From Elusimicrobiota bacterium (GTDB lineage: Bacteria; Elusimicrobiota; Elusimicrobia; FEN-1173): a stretch of 64,000 bases of DNA. A program made the position numbers and the translations under genes. Positions 1 to 9,079 of the stretch are shown one piece after another (within the stretch, counting starts at the first letter, position 1; the number at the start of each line of letters is the position of its first letter). The stretch covers positions 39,262 through 103,261 of the forward strand of contig JAEURZ010000003.1 of the NCBI GenBank assembly GCA_016788905.1. Reading direction: 5' to 3'. The notes below the pieces were generated by a model, which saw only the letters and a program-made list of their open reading frames with translations, made no database searches and was not told where the DNA came from.

Positions 1-10
1 CGAGGCCCTC

Positions 11-1231
11 GTGACTCATGACGAACTGGGGTTGGTTAATTTTTTGAAAGAGCTTGGACGGTCCCCAGATCTCGAGGAGGCCTTTTGTGTGGATCGGAAA
101 GGAAAAGTCTTGGCGCACACGGATCTGGCCTTGTTGGGAAGAACGTTGACAGCGTTTTCCTTTCCTTGGACGGCTATGGGGCAGCCGGGACCGAACTCCA
201 GCGAATGGATCTATTCCCAGGTTGCCACGCGAAATGAAAAATCCGAGGTTCTGGCGCGCGTGGTTTATGATTCGAGTGGAATTAAAAAGGTGGTGAGCGA
301 TCGATTGTCGAGCCTGGTCCGGCGATCGTTGGGGTTAGGCGGCGGGGTTCTGGGCTTGGCTCTTCTCCTGGCGTGGGGGACGGCCCGCGCTTTAACGCGC
401 CCCCTTCGCCGGCTGGCCCAGGGTGTTCGTCGTGTCGGAGGAGGGGATTGGACGGCGCGCGTATCGGATGACGCTCCAGGGGAAATCGGGGAACTGGCCC
501 GGGAATTCAATACCATGTCCAACCGTCTTGGTGAGTTGGATCGACTTAAAGATCAGTTCATTAACAATGTTTCCCATGACCTTCGCAATCCGCTCAGTGC
601 CATCGCCACCTCCGCGAAGATGCTTCGAACGGACGACCTTCCACCCCCCTCATTCCCTCTTCTTCGTGTGATCGAAGTCTCCGCCATTCGGTTGCGCACA
701 ATGGTTAATAACATCCTTGATACAGCGAAAATGCGTGAGGGGCGATTGGTCTACGAAAAATCAGTGTTTCATCCGAAGAAACTTTTCGAGGATTTGGCCG
801 CTCTGTTTGCTCCTCTGGCTAAAAAGTCCGGGAAAGAGCTCACGTTGAACCTGTCGGCCGATTTGCCCGCTCTTTACGCGGATGAAGAAAAAGTTCTCCG
901 TGTCTTTCTTAATTTGTTATCGAATGCGTTTAAATTTACGAAAGAAGGGGACCGCGTTTCACTGTCGGGGCGCGTGGTGGGGGCATGGGTAGAATTCCAA
1001 GTGGAAGACACCGGGTGGGGGATCGGATCGGACCGAATGGCGCACCTCTTTGAGGCTTTCCACTCAACCAGTGAGAAACCCGACGCTCCTCCCCAACAAG
1101 GAACGGGGCTCGGTCTTTCCATCGTCAAGGCCCTTGTCGAGGGGCACGAAGGTCGCGTGCGTGTTGAATCTTCATTAGGGAAGGGGACTCGTTTTATCGT
1201 TACTTTTCCCGCCGCAAAGGAACCCGTATGA
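11..1231 (+). CDS. sensor histidine kinase (HAMP-HisKA-HATPase_c), probably 5'-truncated at window edge
   Basis: H-box 'NNVSHDLRNPLSAI'; HAMP-like 'LRRLAQGVRRVGGGDWTARVSDDAPGEIGELAREFNTM'; N-box 'LLSNAFKFT'; G1 'VEDTGWGIG'; G2 'GTGLGLSIV'. The frame is open back to nt 2, so the true start is probably upstream. ATGA overlap with the next gene. Confidence 0.85.
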   Translation: MTHDELGLVNFLKELGRSPDLEEAFCVDRKGKVLAHTDLALLGRTLTAFSFPWTAMGQPGPNSSEWIYSQVATRNEKSEVLARVVYDSSGIKKVVSDRLSSLVRRSLGLGGGVLGLALLLAWGTARALTRPLRRLAQGVRRVGGGDWTARVSDDAPGEIGELAREFNTMSNRLGELDRLKDQFINNVSHDLRNPLSAIATSAKMLRTDDLPPPSFPLLRVIEVSAIRLRTMVNNILDTAKMREGRLVYEKSVFHPKKLFEDLAALFAPLAKKSGKELTLNLSADLPALYADEEKVLRVFLNLLSNAFKFTKEGDRVSLSGRVVGAWVEFQVEDTGWGIGSDRMAHLFEAFHSTSEKPDAPPQQGTGLGLSIVKALVEGHEGRVRVESSLGKGTRFIVTFPAAKEPV

Positions 1232-1914
1232 AAGAACGGGTCCTGGTCATTGAGGATGATCCTGAAATGAGGGAGGTCACTCACTTGGTTTTGGAGCGGG
1301 CGGGGTATCGCGTGGCCGAAGCCGGGTCTGCGGAGGAAGGCTTGGCGGCCATCCAAAAAGAATTCCCTGATCTCGTGGTTTCGGATATTCAATTGCCGGG
1401 GATATCGGGGATTCGGTTATGCGAAATACTTCGGCAAGAACAGCGCACCCAATCCATTCCGCTCATTCTCCTGACGGTTCTTGGCAAAAAGCCTGATAAG
1501 GTGAGGGGTTTGAAAATGGGAGCGGATGACTACATCACAAAACCCTACGACCCGGGCGAATTTCTGGCCCGGGTCGAAGCCCTTCTGCGTCGGACAGGGG
1601 GAGTCCGGCAGGCAAACACTCCGACTTTGGAATTTCGAAAACTCAAAGTAGACCTGGACCGCCGCGAAGTCACCTTGAACGAGAAATCCCTTTCCCTCCG
1701 CCGCAAGGAATTTGATTTGCTGGTGTTGTTTCTCAACAACCCTGGGCGTTTGTTGACCCGTCTTCGAATCACTCAGTCACTGTGGTCAGATGACGTGATC
1801 GTATCCGAAAATGCCCTCACCTCTCACATCAAGAACCTTCGGTCGTTCCTCGGAGCCTACGGGGACAGGATCGAAACGCTCGTGGGGGAAGGCTATCGAT
1901 TTAATGATGAATAA
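1228..1914 (+). CDS. response regulator, OmpR/PhoB family (REC + winged helix)
   Basis: 'VLVIEDDPEMRE', 'LVVSDIQLPGISG', 'DYITKPYDP', C-terminal 'LTSHIKNLR...GYRF'. Translationally coupled to the upstream kinase. Confidence 0.9.
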   Translation: MKERVLVIEDDPEMREVTHLVLERAGYRVAEAGSAEEGLAAIQKEFPDLVVSDIQLPGISGIRLCEILRQEQRTQSIPLILLTVLGKKPDKVRGLKMGADDYITKPYDPGEFLARVEALLRRTGGVRQANTPTLEFRKLKVDLDRREVTLNEKSLSLRRKEFDLLVLFLNNPGRLLTRLRITQSLWSDDVIVSENALTSHIKNLRSFLGAYGDRIETLVGEGYRFNDE

Positions 1915-2812
1915 CCCTCTCTTGGAATATGGGTCCGATGGGCTATTCTTCCAACGAAACTCCCGCGCCAAACAGAGAATCCCGTTATTTCGAACGCGCC
2001 TATATCTTTTGAGCGGTAGCTTGATCCTTGCGGTCGTCTTCGTTTCTCCGACCTTGGGTGGTTTTTTTTCCAAAAGGGACCGGGGGCGGCGGGGTCCGAC
2101 CGTGCTTAAAATGGACACAGGCGTTCGCGCGTCTTCCTTGGGAGGCGCGTTTGTGGGCTCAGCGGATGACGCCAGCGCTCTCTTTTGGAACCCGGCCGGA
2201 CTTCAGCGTGTTCCTCGTCAAGAATTCTTGGCGGGGCATTCCCAGGTATTTGAGGACCAAACACGCGACGACCTGGCGTGGGTTTTGCCTGTTTGGCGGC
2301 GGGGAGAAAGGGAAACCTGGGGAGTCCAGGCCTCGTATCTGGCGGTCGATCGGTTTGATTTGGTTAAGAATGGCAATCCCGCAGGGTCTGCTCGCCCGTG
2401 GGAAGGGGTGGTCGGACTCTCCTACGCGAGACCTTTTCGGAACCTTTTTTGGGGGGTGACGGGCAAGCTCGCCCGCAAGGAATTCCCCGGCGCTTCAGGG
2501 CAAAGCTATTTGCTGGACGCCGGGCTCCAGGGCACATCAAAAAAGATGGGAATTAATTGGGGGGTTACCCTGGCGAATTTGGGAACAACGATGACCTTGG
2601 GGGAGGGAACCCTGGCGCCTCCTCTGGTGATGCGTTGGGGGGCATCGAAAGGCTTTTTTTTAGGACAAAGAAATCGGCTTTGCTGGTCTGGTCAAATCGA
2701 TGCGCCATCGGATGATGTCTTGCTGGGCCGAATGGGGTTGGACTATGTGATCCCTGGGGAAGAATGGGTGTTCGCGTTTCGACTGGGAGGCCAAACCGCG
2801 GGAGCGACGTGA
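1904..2812 (+). CDS. outer-membrane beta-barrel protein, FadL/TodX (OMPP1) family-like
   Basis: 'SLGGAFVGSADDASALFWNPAGL' matches the FadL-family N-terminal NPA motif. Hydrophobic signal-like N-terminus 'LLSGSLILAVVFVSP'. Start is uncertain (ATG at 1904 overlaps the regulator stop by 11 nt). Ends at an in-frame TGA at 2810, with the same frame continuing into the next ORF. Confidence 0.55.
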   Translation: MMNNPLLEYGSDGLFFQRNSRAKQRIPLFRTRLYLLSGSLILAVVFVSPTLGGFFSKRDRGRRGPTVLKMDTGVRASSLGGAFVGSADDASALFWNPAGLQRVPRQEFLAGHSQVFEDQTRDDLAWVLPVWRRGERETWGVQASYLAVDRFDLVKNGNPAGSARPWEGVVGLSYARPFRNLFWGVTGKLARKEFPGASGQSYLLDAGLQGTSKKMGINWGVTLANLGTTMTLGEGTLAPPLVMRWGASKGFFLGQRNRLCWSGQIDAPSDDVLLGRMGLDYVIPGEEWVFAFRLGGQTAGAT

Positions 2813-2824
2813 ATCACGGGGGGG

Positions 2825-3778
2825 GTGGGATTCGGTCGTGGGCCGATCGTGGTGAACTACGCTTACGGTCCCAATGAGAATTTGGGAGCGGTCCATCGAA
2901 TGGATGTGGGGTTTCGGTTTGGAAAACCCCTCGGCCGTGAAGTCCAGCGTCGAGCTCTCCTGGAAACGGCCCAATCGGCCTGGGAGAAGGGACAAACGGC
3001 CCATGCGGCGGATCTGTTGGAGGAGATCAATGAATTTTCACCCCACTATTACCCTGCCGAAGTCTTGGGCAAAGAGGTCAATCGGCGAATCGAAGAGAGC
3101 CTCAAACCAGACACCTTGTATAATTTGGGTCTTCGAGCTTATGAGGAAAAAGATTTTGAAGCGGCGGGAGACTATTTAAGAAAACTGGTCATGCTCGATC
3201 CGTCCTACCCGGAGGCGAGCATCCTATTGAAAAAAGCCGAGTCCACGTTGTCCAAGGGAAGAGAGTCCCGGGCGCGGGAAGAATTGGCCCATGGTCTTGA
3301 ACGGCAAAGGAGAGCGCTGTCCCGGACGGCCCAGAAAGCTCAGGAACGGGGACGTTGGTCAGAGGCGCTGAAGAGTTGGCGATATATTTTAGTGCGGTTT
3401 CCGAAAGATGCGGAAGCTTTGGCAAAGGTGATCCAGTGCCGGAGGGAAATGGTGGCCTTGGCGAAATCGGCGGAAAAAGAGGGAGCCATAGAGATGGCGG
3501 TATTCCACTATCGTGCCCTTCAAGAGGACCGGTTCGACCCTGCCGTGTCCCAGCGAATTGAAAAACTGACGCGGGAAGCGACACGGAAAGCCGAAACACG
3601 GGCCCGAGAGCTGTATCAAGAGGGGGTCCGTGTCTATGACGCCGGCGACCTTAAGAAAGCTTTACCCCTCTTTGAGGAATCGGTTCGGTTGAATCCCAAC
3701 GATGAAGCCGCCGCCCGTGCCCGGGACCGGGTTCGAACAGAGACCAAGCGTGGGACCGAAGAGAGGAAAGCCCGATGA
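2825..3778 (+). CDS. TPR-repeat protein; first ~30 aa look like terminal beta-strands of the upstream OMP (possibly one gene interrupted by an in-frame TGA)
   Basis: GTG start immediately after a G8 tract. 'IVVNYAYGPNENLGAVHRMDVGFRF' has an alternating beta-strand pattern ending in F. The remainder is helical and TPR-like ('YNLGLRAYEEKDFEAAGDYLRKLVMLDPSYPEA', 'LYQEGVRVYDAGDLKKALPLFEESVRLNPND'). Same frame as 1904..2812. Confidence 0.5.
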   Translation: MGFGRGPIVVNYAYGPNENLGAVHRMDVGFRFGKPLGREVQRRALLETAQSAWEKGQTAHAADLLEEINEFSPHYYPAEVLGKEVNRRIEESLKPDTLYNLGLRAYEEKDFEAAGDYLRKLVMLDPSYPEASILLKKAESTLSKGRESRAREELAHGLERQRRALSRTAQKAQERGRWSEALKSWRYILVRFPKDAEALAKVIQCRREMVALAKSAEKEGAIEMAVFHYRALQEDRFDPAVSQRIEKLTREATRKAETRARELYQEGVRVYDAGDLKKALPLFEESVRLNPNDEAAARARDRVRTETKRGTEERKAR

Positions 3779-3857
3779 AAGAGTTCTGGTCCTGGTTCAA
3801 GGCGTCCGGCGCAGGCCCCCGCTTCCTTGGATCTGTCTTAGCGGTGGGGTTCCGTTC

Positions 3858-5747
3858 GTGATCCTCCGACAAAAATTTTTTTCTGTTTCATCGGTTTTAG
3901 TTTTTTTGGGTTTGTGTCTTGGGACCCTTCCGTTGCGGGGGCAAACGTTTGGAATCGGTGATTTGGATGTTCTAATTGCGACCACAGGAACTTTTATTAA
4001 TCGGGGGATCTGTGCGTCGGGTGGCGATTTTAATCATGATGGGTTTGCGGATGTGGCCATCATCACCTATTCAAACTATGGGGTTGCTCAGGAAATTAAT
4101 TTGTTTCCAGGGGGTCCGAACCTTCCCCCAACAGATACTTTTCCAAATCGAGTGCTCCTGAAGATTGTGCCCCCACCTGTTCCCTTTATCCTTGATCAGA
4201 TTTTGTTTGTTGATTTAAATGGGGACCATTTCGATGATCTTGTATTTAAAGGGTACCGGGTCAACGGGTCCGCCCCTTGGCTGTATACGATTTACGCGGT
4301 ATGGGGTTCGACCACCCCTCCCCTGACCCTCGATTTGAATCAAACTTCAGCGGATCTTGAGTTGAAATTATCCTACTCTCCAACCTTTTGTTCACTTGCC
4401 AAAGGGGATTTCAACGGAGACGGGCGGGGCGATTTAATGGTGAGCGGAGGAGATGCTCTTCAGGGGAATGTTTATCTATTTATGGGAAAACCCTCTTATT
4501 CAAGTTCATCTATTTTCCTGGATGACGGAGTTTCGGCCACCCACATTTATAAAAGTTCAGACACCTTTTTGGGCCAAACCCTGGCGAGTGGTGATATAAA
4601 TGGCGATGGAAAGTCGGACCTGATCCTTTCTGATAAAACTCATTCCAATGGGGCCTCAACGGAGAAGGGAAAGATCTATGTCGTTTTAGGTTCCGCCGGG
4701 TTCCCGACTCAGTGGAATTTGGATACGGAACCTGCCGATTACACTCTTTTCGGAACAAACGCAATAAATAGTCCTGCTGTGGGTGATTGGACGGGTGATG
4801 GCATTGACGATTTGTTCATTTTGGATGAAACGGAACAGAAAGGGTATTTGCTCGATGGTTTAAGTGTCGCCAACGGACCCAGCTCTTTTGATATGACCAC
4901 CGACGTCCCCGCCAACACCCCGATCGCTTTCGGGGATTTTATCTTTGGAATTGGATCTCCTACGGGGGACTTTGATGGGGATGGAAAAGCGGACCTTTTT
5001 TCCCCGGTTCATTCCCAATTGGGGGCATTTTTATCGAACGATTATTCGGGCCAGCCGGTTGTGCCATCCGCGGCTTTTCAATTTTCGGTGACGTCCAGTT
5101 GGAGTCTCGGAGACATCAATGGGGATGGAAAAAAAGATCTCGTGGTGACGCCGGAGGGAGGCCCCAGTGGGAGTGTCGGAATTATTTATGGGTACCACCC
5201 ATTGGATAACCCCGCCATTCACGTTCAAATCCCCATGGCCTTGCCTCAGGCCGTTCTTGAATTGTCCGTTGAAGGGGACCCCAAAGAAATGAACTTGTCC
5301 GGTGATTTTCTGGAAAATACGAACGGCAAATGGGTGCCTTTTCAACGGACGGTGCCGGTGACATTGACTCAAACTTCTGGAGAAAAGCATCTGAGGGTTT
5401 TATTTCGAAATTCCTTTGGGCGGACAAGTTCCTCAGCTGTCCAAAATGTTCTCGTTGAACCGGGTTTCCCGCGTTTGGAGGTCGTGCACAACGATTTTGA
5501 GCTTGGAGGCCCCAAGGTTCGGATCGATTGTCATCTTTTAACGTCGGCGCGGGTGAAAGCTTCCCTGTTTGATCAGGCCGGGGTGTTTTTGGGCCAAATG
5601 ATGGACTCCACCTTGGCCCCGGGGGTATGGCCTATTGAGTGGGACGGAAAAAACTCCACGGGCCAGTCTGTGTCGCCCGGTGTCTATTACATGTCCATTG
5701 ATATAGAGGGTCGGATTGAAAAGAAAAAAATCCTTTTGCGGCATTGA
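3858..5747 (+). CDS. secreted FG-GAP/VCBS-repeat protein with C-terminal FlgD-Ig-like / T9SS-type sorting domain
   Basis: Repeated 'DFNGDGRGDLMV', 'DINGDGKSDLIL', 'DFDGDGKADLF', 'DINGDGKKDLVV' (FG-GAP Ca-binding loops). C-terminus 'VKASLFDQAGVFLGQMMDSTLAPGVWPIEWDGKNSTGQSVSPGVYYMSIDIEG' resembles the FlgD Ig-like / Por secretion tail. Signal peptide 'KFFSVSSVLVFLGLCLGTLPLRG'. Start is tentative: in-frame GTG at 3858. The ORF-track ATG at 3702 overlaps the previous gene. Confidence 0.6.
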   Translation: MILRQKFFSVSSVLVFLGLCLGTLPLRGQTFGIGDLDVLIATTGTFINRGICASGGDFNHDGFADVAIITYSNYGVAQEINLFPGGPNLPPTDTFPNRVLLKIVPPPVPFILDQILFVDLNGDHFDDLVFKGYRVNGSAPWLYTIYAVWGSTTPPLTLDLNQTSADLELKLSYSPTFCSLAKGDFNGDGRGDLMVSGGDALQGNVYLFMGKPSYSSSSIFLDDGVSATHIYKSSDTFLGQTLASGDINGDGKSDLILSDKTHSNGASTEKGKIYVVLGSAGFPTQWNLDTEPADYTLFGTNAINSPAVGDWTGDGIDDLFILDETEQKGYLLDGLSVANGPSSFDMTTDVPANTPIAFGDFIFGIGSPTGDFDGDGKADLFSPVHSQLGAFLSNDYSGQPVVPSAAFQFSVTSSWSLGDINGDGKKDLVVTPEGGPSGSVGIIYGYHPLDNPAIHVQIPMALPQAVLELSVEGDPKEMNLSGDFLENTNGKWVPFQRTVPVTLTQTSGEKHLRVLFRNSFGRTSSSAVQNVLVEPGFPRLEVVHNDFELGGPKVRIDCHLLTSARVKASLFDQAGVFLGQMMDSTLAPGVWPIEWDGKNSTGQSVSPGVYYMSIDIEGRIEKKKILLRH

Positions 5748-5841
5748 AATGAATCACATGAAAGGAACATCCGCACCCACGTTATTGTAAAATGGAATTG
5801 TTGTCTATTGATCAAAGGCCAAACCACGAGGTTCCATCGCC

Positions 5842-8607
5842 ATGAATATTTCGAATCCATTAAACACCGAATCCCCAGATCCTTCCCTCTACCCGGGGGA
5901 TCCCGCCCACGACGTTTTTCGAGGGGACAAGGGGTCGTTGGATGTTTTTTTTCGACCGAAATCCGTGGCGGTTGTGGGGGCGACGGAACACGCGGGGACT
6001 GTGGGGCGAACCCTTCTCTGGAACTTGATTTCTTCTTCTTTCGGCGGAACTGTTTATCCGGTCAATCCCAAGCGGCCGAGCGTTTTAGGAATTAAGGCCT
6101 ATCCCCGGTTGTCGGCCATTCCGGACGCGGTGGATTTGGTGGTCATCGCCACTCCGGCTCCCTCCGTCCCCGACATCATTGCGGAATGCGTGTCCCTGGG
6201 GGTTCCCGGCGCGATCATTATTTCGGCGGGATTTAAAGAGAGCGGGGCCGAGGGCGCCGCCCTTGAGAAGCGCGTTCGAGAGATTGCTCGGGGAAAGATG
6301 CGTATTTTAGGGCCCAACTGTTTGGGTTTCATGTGTCCGCCCTCCGGTCTGAATGCCACTTTTGCCAAGGGGATCGCGGCGAAGGGGAATGTGGGTTTCT
6401 TAAGTCAATCGGGGGCCCTCTGTACCGCGGTTTTGGATTGGAGTTTCCGCGAGAAGATTGGGTTTTCCGCTTTTGTTTCCCTCGGCTCAATGTTGGACAT
6501 CGGGTGGGGCGATCTTATCGACTATTTGGGCAACGATCCCAAAACGGAAAGCATTGTGATTTACATGGAGTCCGTGGGCGACGCGCGGTCCTTTATGTCG
6601 GCGGCGCGGGAAGTTTCCCTTTCCAAACCTATTATTGTGATTAAAGCCGGGCGCACCGACGCGGCCGCGAAAGCCGCGGTGAGCCACACCGGGTCTCTCG
6701 TTGGTCGTGACGATGTTTTGGACGCGGCGTTTGAGCGGTGTGGCGTGATTCGGGTGGACGCGATCTCTGATCTTTTTCAAATGGCGGGTGTGTTGGCCCG
6801 TCAACCGCGTCCCAAGGGGCCCCGTTTGACCATCGTGACCAACGCGGGTGGGCCCGGGGTTCTTGCGGCGGATTCCCTCATTGAAAACGGGGGACATTTG
6901 GCGAATCTCAGCCTGGAGACCATGAAGGAACTGAACAGTTTTCTTCCGGCTCCCTGGAGTCATGGAAACCCCGTGGACGTGTTGGGTGACGCCGACGCGG
7001 CCCGTTATGGCCACGCGTTTGAGGCGGCGGCCAAAGACCCCAATTCCGATGGGCTTTTGCTGATCCTCACGCCCCAAGACATGACCGATCCCACGGGGTC
7101 GGCCCAGCAGTTGGCTCTTAAAGCCGGTGCCATGAGGGGGAAACCGATTCTGGCCAGTTGGATGGGGGGGGAATCTGTGGAGGCGGGCCGTACCATTCTT
7201 GCGGGAGCCGGTGTCCCCGTGTTTAAATATCCCGACACCGCCGCCAAAATTTTCTGCACCATGCACTCCTATAATTCCAATCTGCAATCTCTCTACGAAA
7301 CGCCCCACCTTTCTGTGGGGGGGGATGCGCCGGTGGATCGGAAAAGTGTGGATGAATTAATTCAGACCGCGCGGTCTTCCGGGCGAACCGTGATGACGGA
7401 AGATGAATCCAAGCGGCTTTTGGCCCTTTACGGTATTCCAACGGTTGAAACCAAACTGGCCACAACCGCGGACGAGGCGGTAAGGGAAGCCGACTCTCTG
7501 ACGTATCCGATCGTTTTAAAACTCCATTCCAAGACCATCACCCACAAATCCGATGTGGGGGGAGTGTTCCTCAACTTGGGAGATGCGGCGGCTGTGCGCC
7601 GGGCTTTTGACGCGATTAAAAAGAATGTGGAGGCTTTAAAGGGGCCCGGTCATTTTGATGGGGTCACCGTTCAGCGGATGATCCGCTGGGATGGGTATGA
7701 AGTGATTTGCGGGGCGAGCCCAGATCCTCAATTTGGACCGATGCTCCTTTTTGGCACTGGGGGAAAATTGGTGGAAATTTACCAGGACAAGGCTCTGGGC
7801 CTTCCTCCCCTCACCAGCACATTGGCTCGACGGATGATGGCCAAAACGAAGATTTGGAAAGCCCTTCAAGGGGTGCGGGGGCAAAAAGTTTCCGATCTCG
7901 CGGCGTTGGAACGGGTGATGATTCGGTTCAGTTGGTTGGTTTTGGAACAAACCGCGGTGAAAGAAATCGATATCAATCCCTTGTTGGTTTCTCCCGAGGG
8001 TGTTATTGCCATGGACGCTCGCGTCGCTCTTTACACCCCGGAGGAGGAGAAGACCCGTGTTCGGTCCGCCATCCGGCCTTACCCATCGGTTTACGATAAA
8101 CCGGCCGTGACCAAAGACGGGACGTCCGTTCGGTTTCGGCCCGTGCGGCCGGAAGACGAACCTCTTCTGGTGGAGTATCACGCTAAAGTCTCGGACCGAA
8201 GCGTGGTCAGTCGTTATATGCGGTCTTTCGAATTGAGTGAACGGGTGGCCCACGAACGGTTGCGCCGGGTGTGTTTCGTGGATTACGATCGGGAAATGGT
8301 GATCGTGGCGGAGCAACCGGGATCTAACGGAAAACCCGCCTGCCTCTGGGCGGTGGGCCGCCTTTCTCGGAGTTCTTCCACCCTGAATGCCCAGTGGTCC
8401 ATGTTGGTGGCGGACCCTTACCAGCACCGTGGGGTGGGAACCGCGTTTTTAAAAAACATGGTGGACATTGCCCGGGCGGAGGGCGTTAAAACTCTCTGGG
8501 CCGAAATCCGGCAGGAAAATAAAGACATGCTTCATATTTCCCAGCGCTTGGGATTCCGTCACACGACCTGTACGGATGGGACGGTAAGAGTGACCCTATC
8601 CCTCTAA
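5842..8607 (+). CDS. Pat-type protein lysine acetyltransferase (NDP-forming acyl-CoA synthetase domains fused to C-terminal GNAT)
   Basis: N-terminal CoA-binding '[24 protein letters not shown]...[10 protein letters not shown]'; ligase-CoA and ATP-grasp regions; C-terminal GNAT '[12 protein letters not shown]...[29 protein letters not shown]'. The 921 aa length and architecture match Pat/PatZ. Confidence 0.75.
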   Translation: MNISNPLNTESPDPSLYPGDPAHDVFRGDKGSLDVFFRPKSVAVVGATEHAGTVGRTLLWNLISSSFGGTVYPVNPKRPSVLGIKAYPRLSAIPDAVDLVVIATPAPSVPDIIAECVSLGVPGAIIISAGFKESGAEGAALEKRVREIARGKMRILGPNCLGFMCPPSGLNATFAKGIAAKGNVGFLSQSGALCTAVLDWSFREKIGFSAFVSLGSMLDIGWGDLIDYLGNDPKTESIVIYMESVGDARSFMSAAREVSLSKPIIVIKAGRTDAAAKAAVSHTGSLVGRDDVLDAAFERCGVIRVDAISDLFQMAGVLARQPRPKGPRLTIVTNAGGPGVLAADSLIENGGHLANLSLETMKELNSFLPAPWSHGNPVDVLGDADAARYGHAFEAAAKDPNSDGLLLILTPQDMTDPTGSAQQLALKAGAMRGKPILASWMGGESVEAGRTILAGAGVPVFKYPDTAAKIFCTMHSYNSNLQSLYETPHLSVGGDAPVDRKSVDELIQTARSSGRTVMTEDESKRLLALYGIPTVETKLATTADEAVREADSLTYPIVLKLHSKTITHKSDVGGVFLNLGDAAAVRRAFDAIKKNVEALKGPGHFDGVTVQRMIRWDGYEVICGASPDPQFGPMLLFGTGGKLVEIYQDKALGLPPLTSTLARRMMAKTKIWKALQGVRGQKVSDLAALERVMIRFSWLVLEQTAVKEIDINPLLVSPEGVIAMDARVALYTPEEEKTRVRSAIRPYPSVYDKPAVTKDGTSVRFRPVRPEDEPLLVEYHAKVSDRSVVSRYMRSFELSERVAHERLRRVCFVDYDREMVIVAEQPGSNGKPACLWAVGRLSRSSSTLNAQWSMLVADPYQHRGVGTAFLKNMVDIARAEGVKTLWAEIRQENKDMLHISQRLGFRHTTCTDGTVRVTLSL

Positions 8608-9068
8608 TGGAAACCCGGCCGCGCCCCAAGCGGATCGTTGTTTTTTTATTGGTCCTTTTCTTTGGGGCGGCGGGAGGATTAGGGATTTTTACGTTTATCT
8701 ACGCTAAGGGCTATTCCTACATGAGCAATGACCCAGCCGCCTGCGCCAATTGCCACGCCATGGATGGCCATCTGAGCGGTTGGGTTAAATCCACGCATCA
8801 CGCGGTGGCCACGTGCAACGATTGCCATCTTCCGGAAGGGTTGGTGGGAAAGGCGTACACCAAAGGGTCCAATGGTTTTTGGCACAGTTTTTATTTTACC
8901 ACGGGTCGTTACCCCGATCCGATTCGCATTAAACCTCACAATCGTGATGTGGTGGAAGCCAATTGTCGTCGGTGTCACGGGGATACCGTGGAGGCCATGG
9001 AGGGACCGCTGTTGTCCTCCCGTCAGCTGTCCTGTGTTCGGTGCCACGGCGAAGTCGGCCATTCCTAA
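8607..9068 (+). CDS. nrfH: NrfH, membrane-anchored tetraheme cytochrome c (NapC/NirT family)
   Basis: N-terminal TM helix 'IVVFLLVLFFGAAGGLGIF'; four CXXCH motifs (CANCH, CNDCH, CRRCH, CVRCH); located immediately upstream of nrfA. Confidence 0.8.
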   Translation: METRPRPKRIVVFLLVLFFGAAGGLGIFTFIYAKGYSYMSNDPAACANCHAMDGHLSGWVKSTHHAVATCNDCHLPEGLVGKAYTKGSNGFWHSFYFTTGRYPDPIRIKPHNRDVVEANCRRCHGDTVEAMEGPLLSSRQLSCVRCHGEVGHS

Positions 9069-9079
9069 GGAGAGACCCC

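Noticed and set aside
2810-2812. Possibility that TGA is recoded (for example Gly as in SR1/Gracilibacteria) and the OMP-TPR is a single read-through protein
   Set aside because: TGA is used as an ordinary stop throughout the window, including in conserved ATGA/GTGA couplings (hisK/RR, der/plsY, plsY/gpsA, pheS/pheT). Global recoding is therefore excluded. Local read-through or error remains possible and is reported as a finding.
3702-3857. ATG at 3702 as the start of the FG-GAP protein
   Set aside because: It overlaps the last 77 nt of the TPR gene and adds a charged, non-signal N-terminus. An in-frame GTG at 3858 begins a typical signal peptide. The start remains tentative.
6487-7308. 273-aa minus-strand ORF inside the pat gene (and similar long antisense ORFs at 7636-8427, 9587-10138, 35770-36405, 54245-54961, 55763-56533, 57473-58084)
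   Set aside because: They are fully nested antisense to strongly supported genes in high-GC DNA. Their translations are Arg/Pro/Gly-rich with no motifs. These are typical shadow ORFs.
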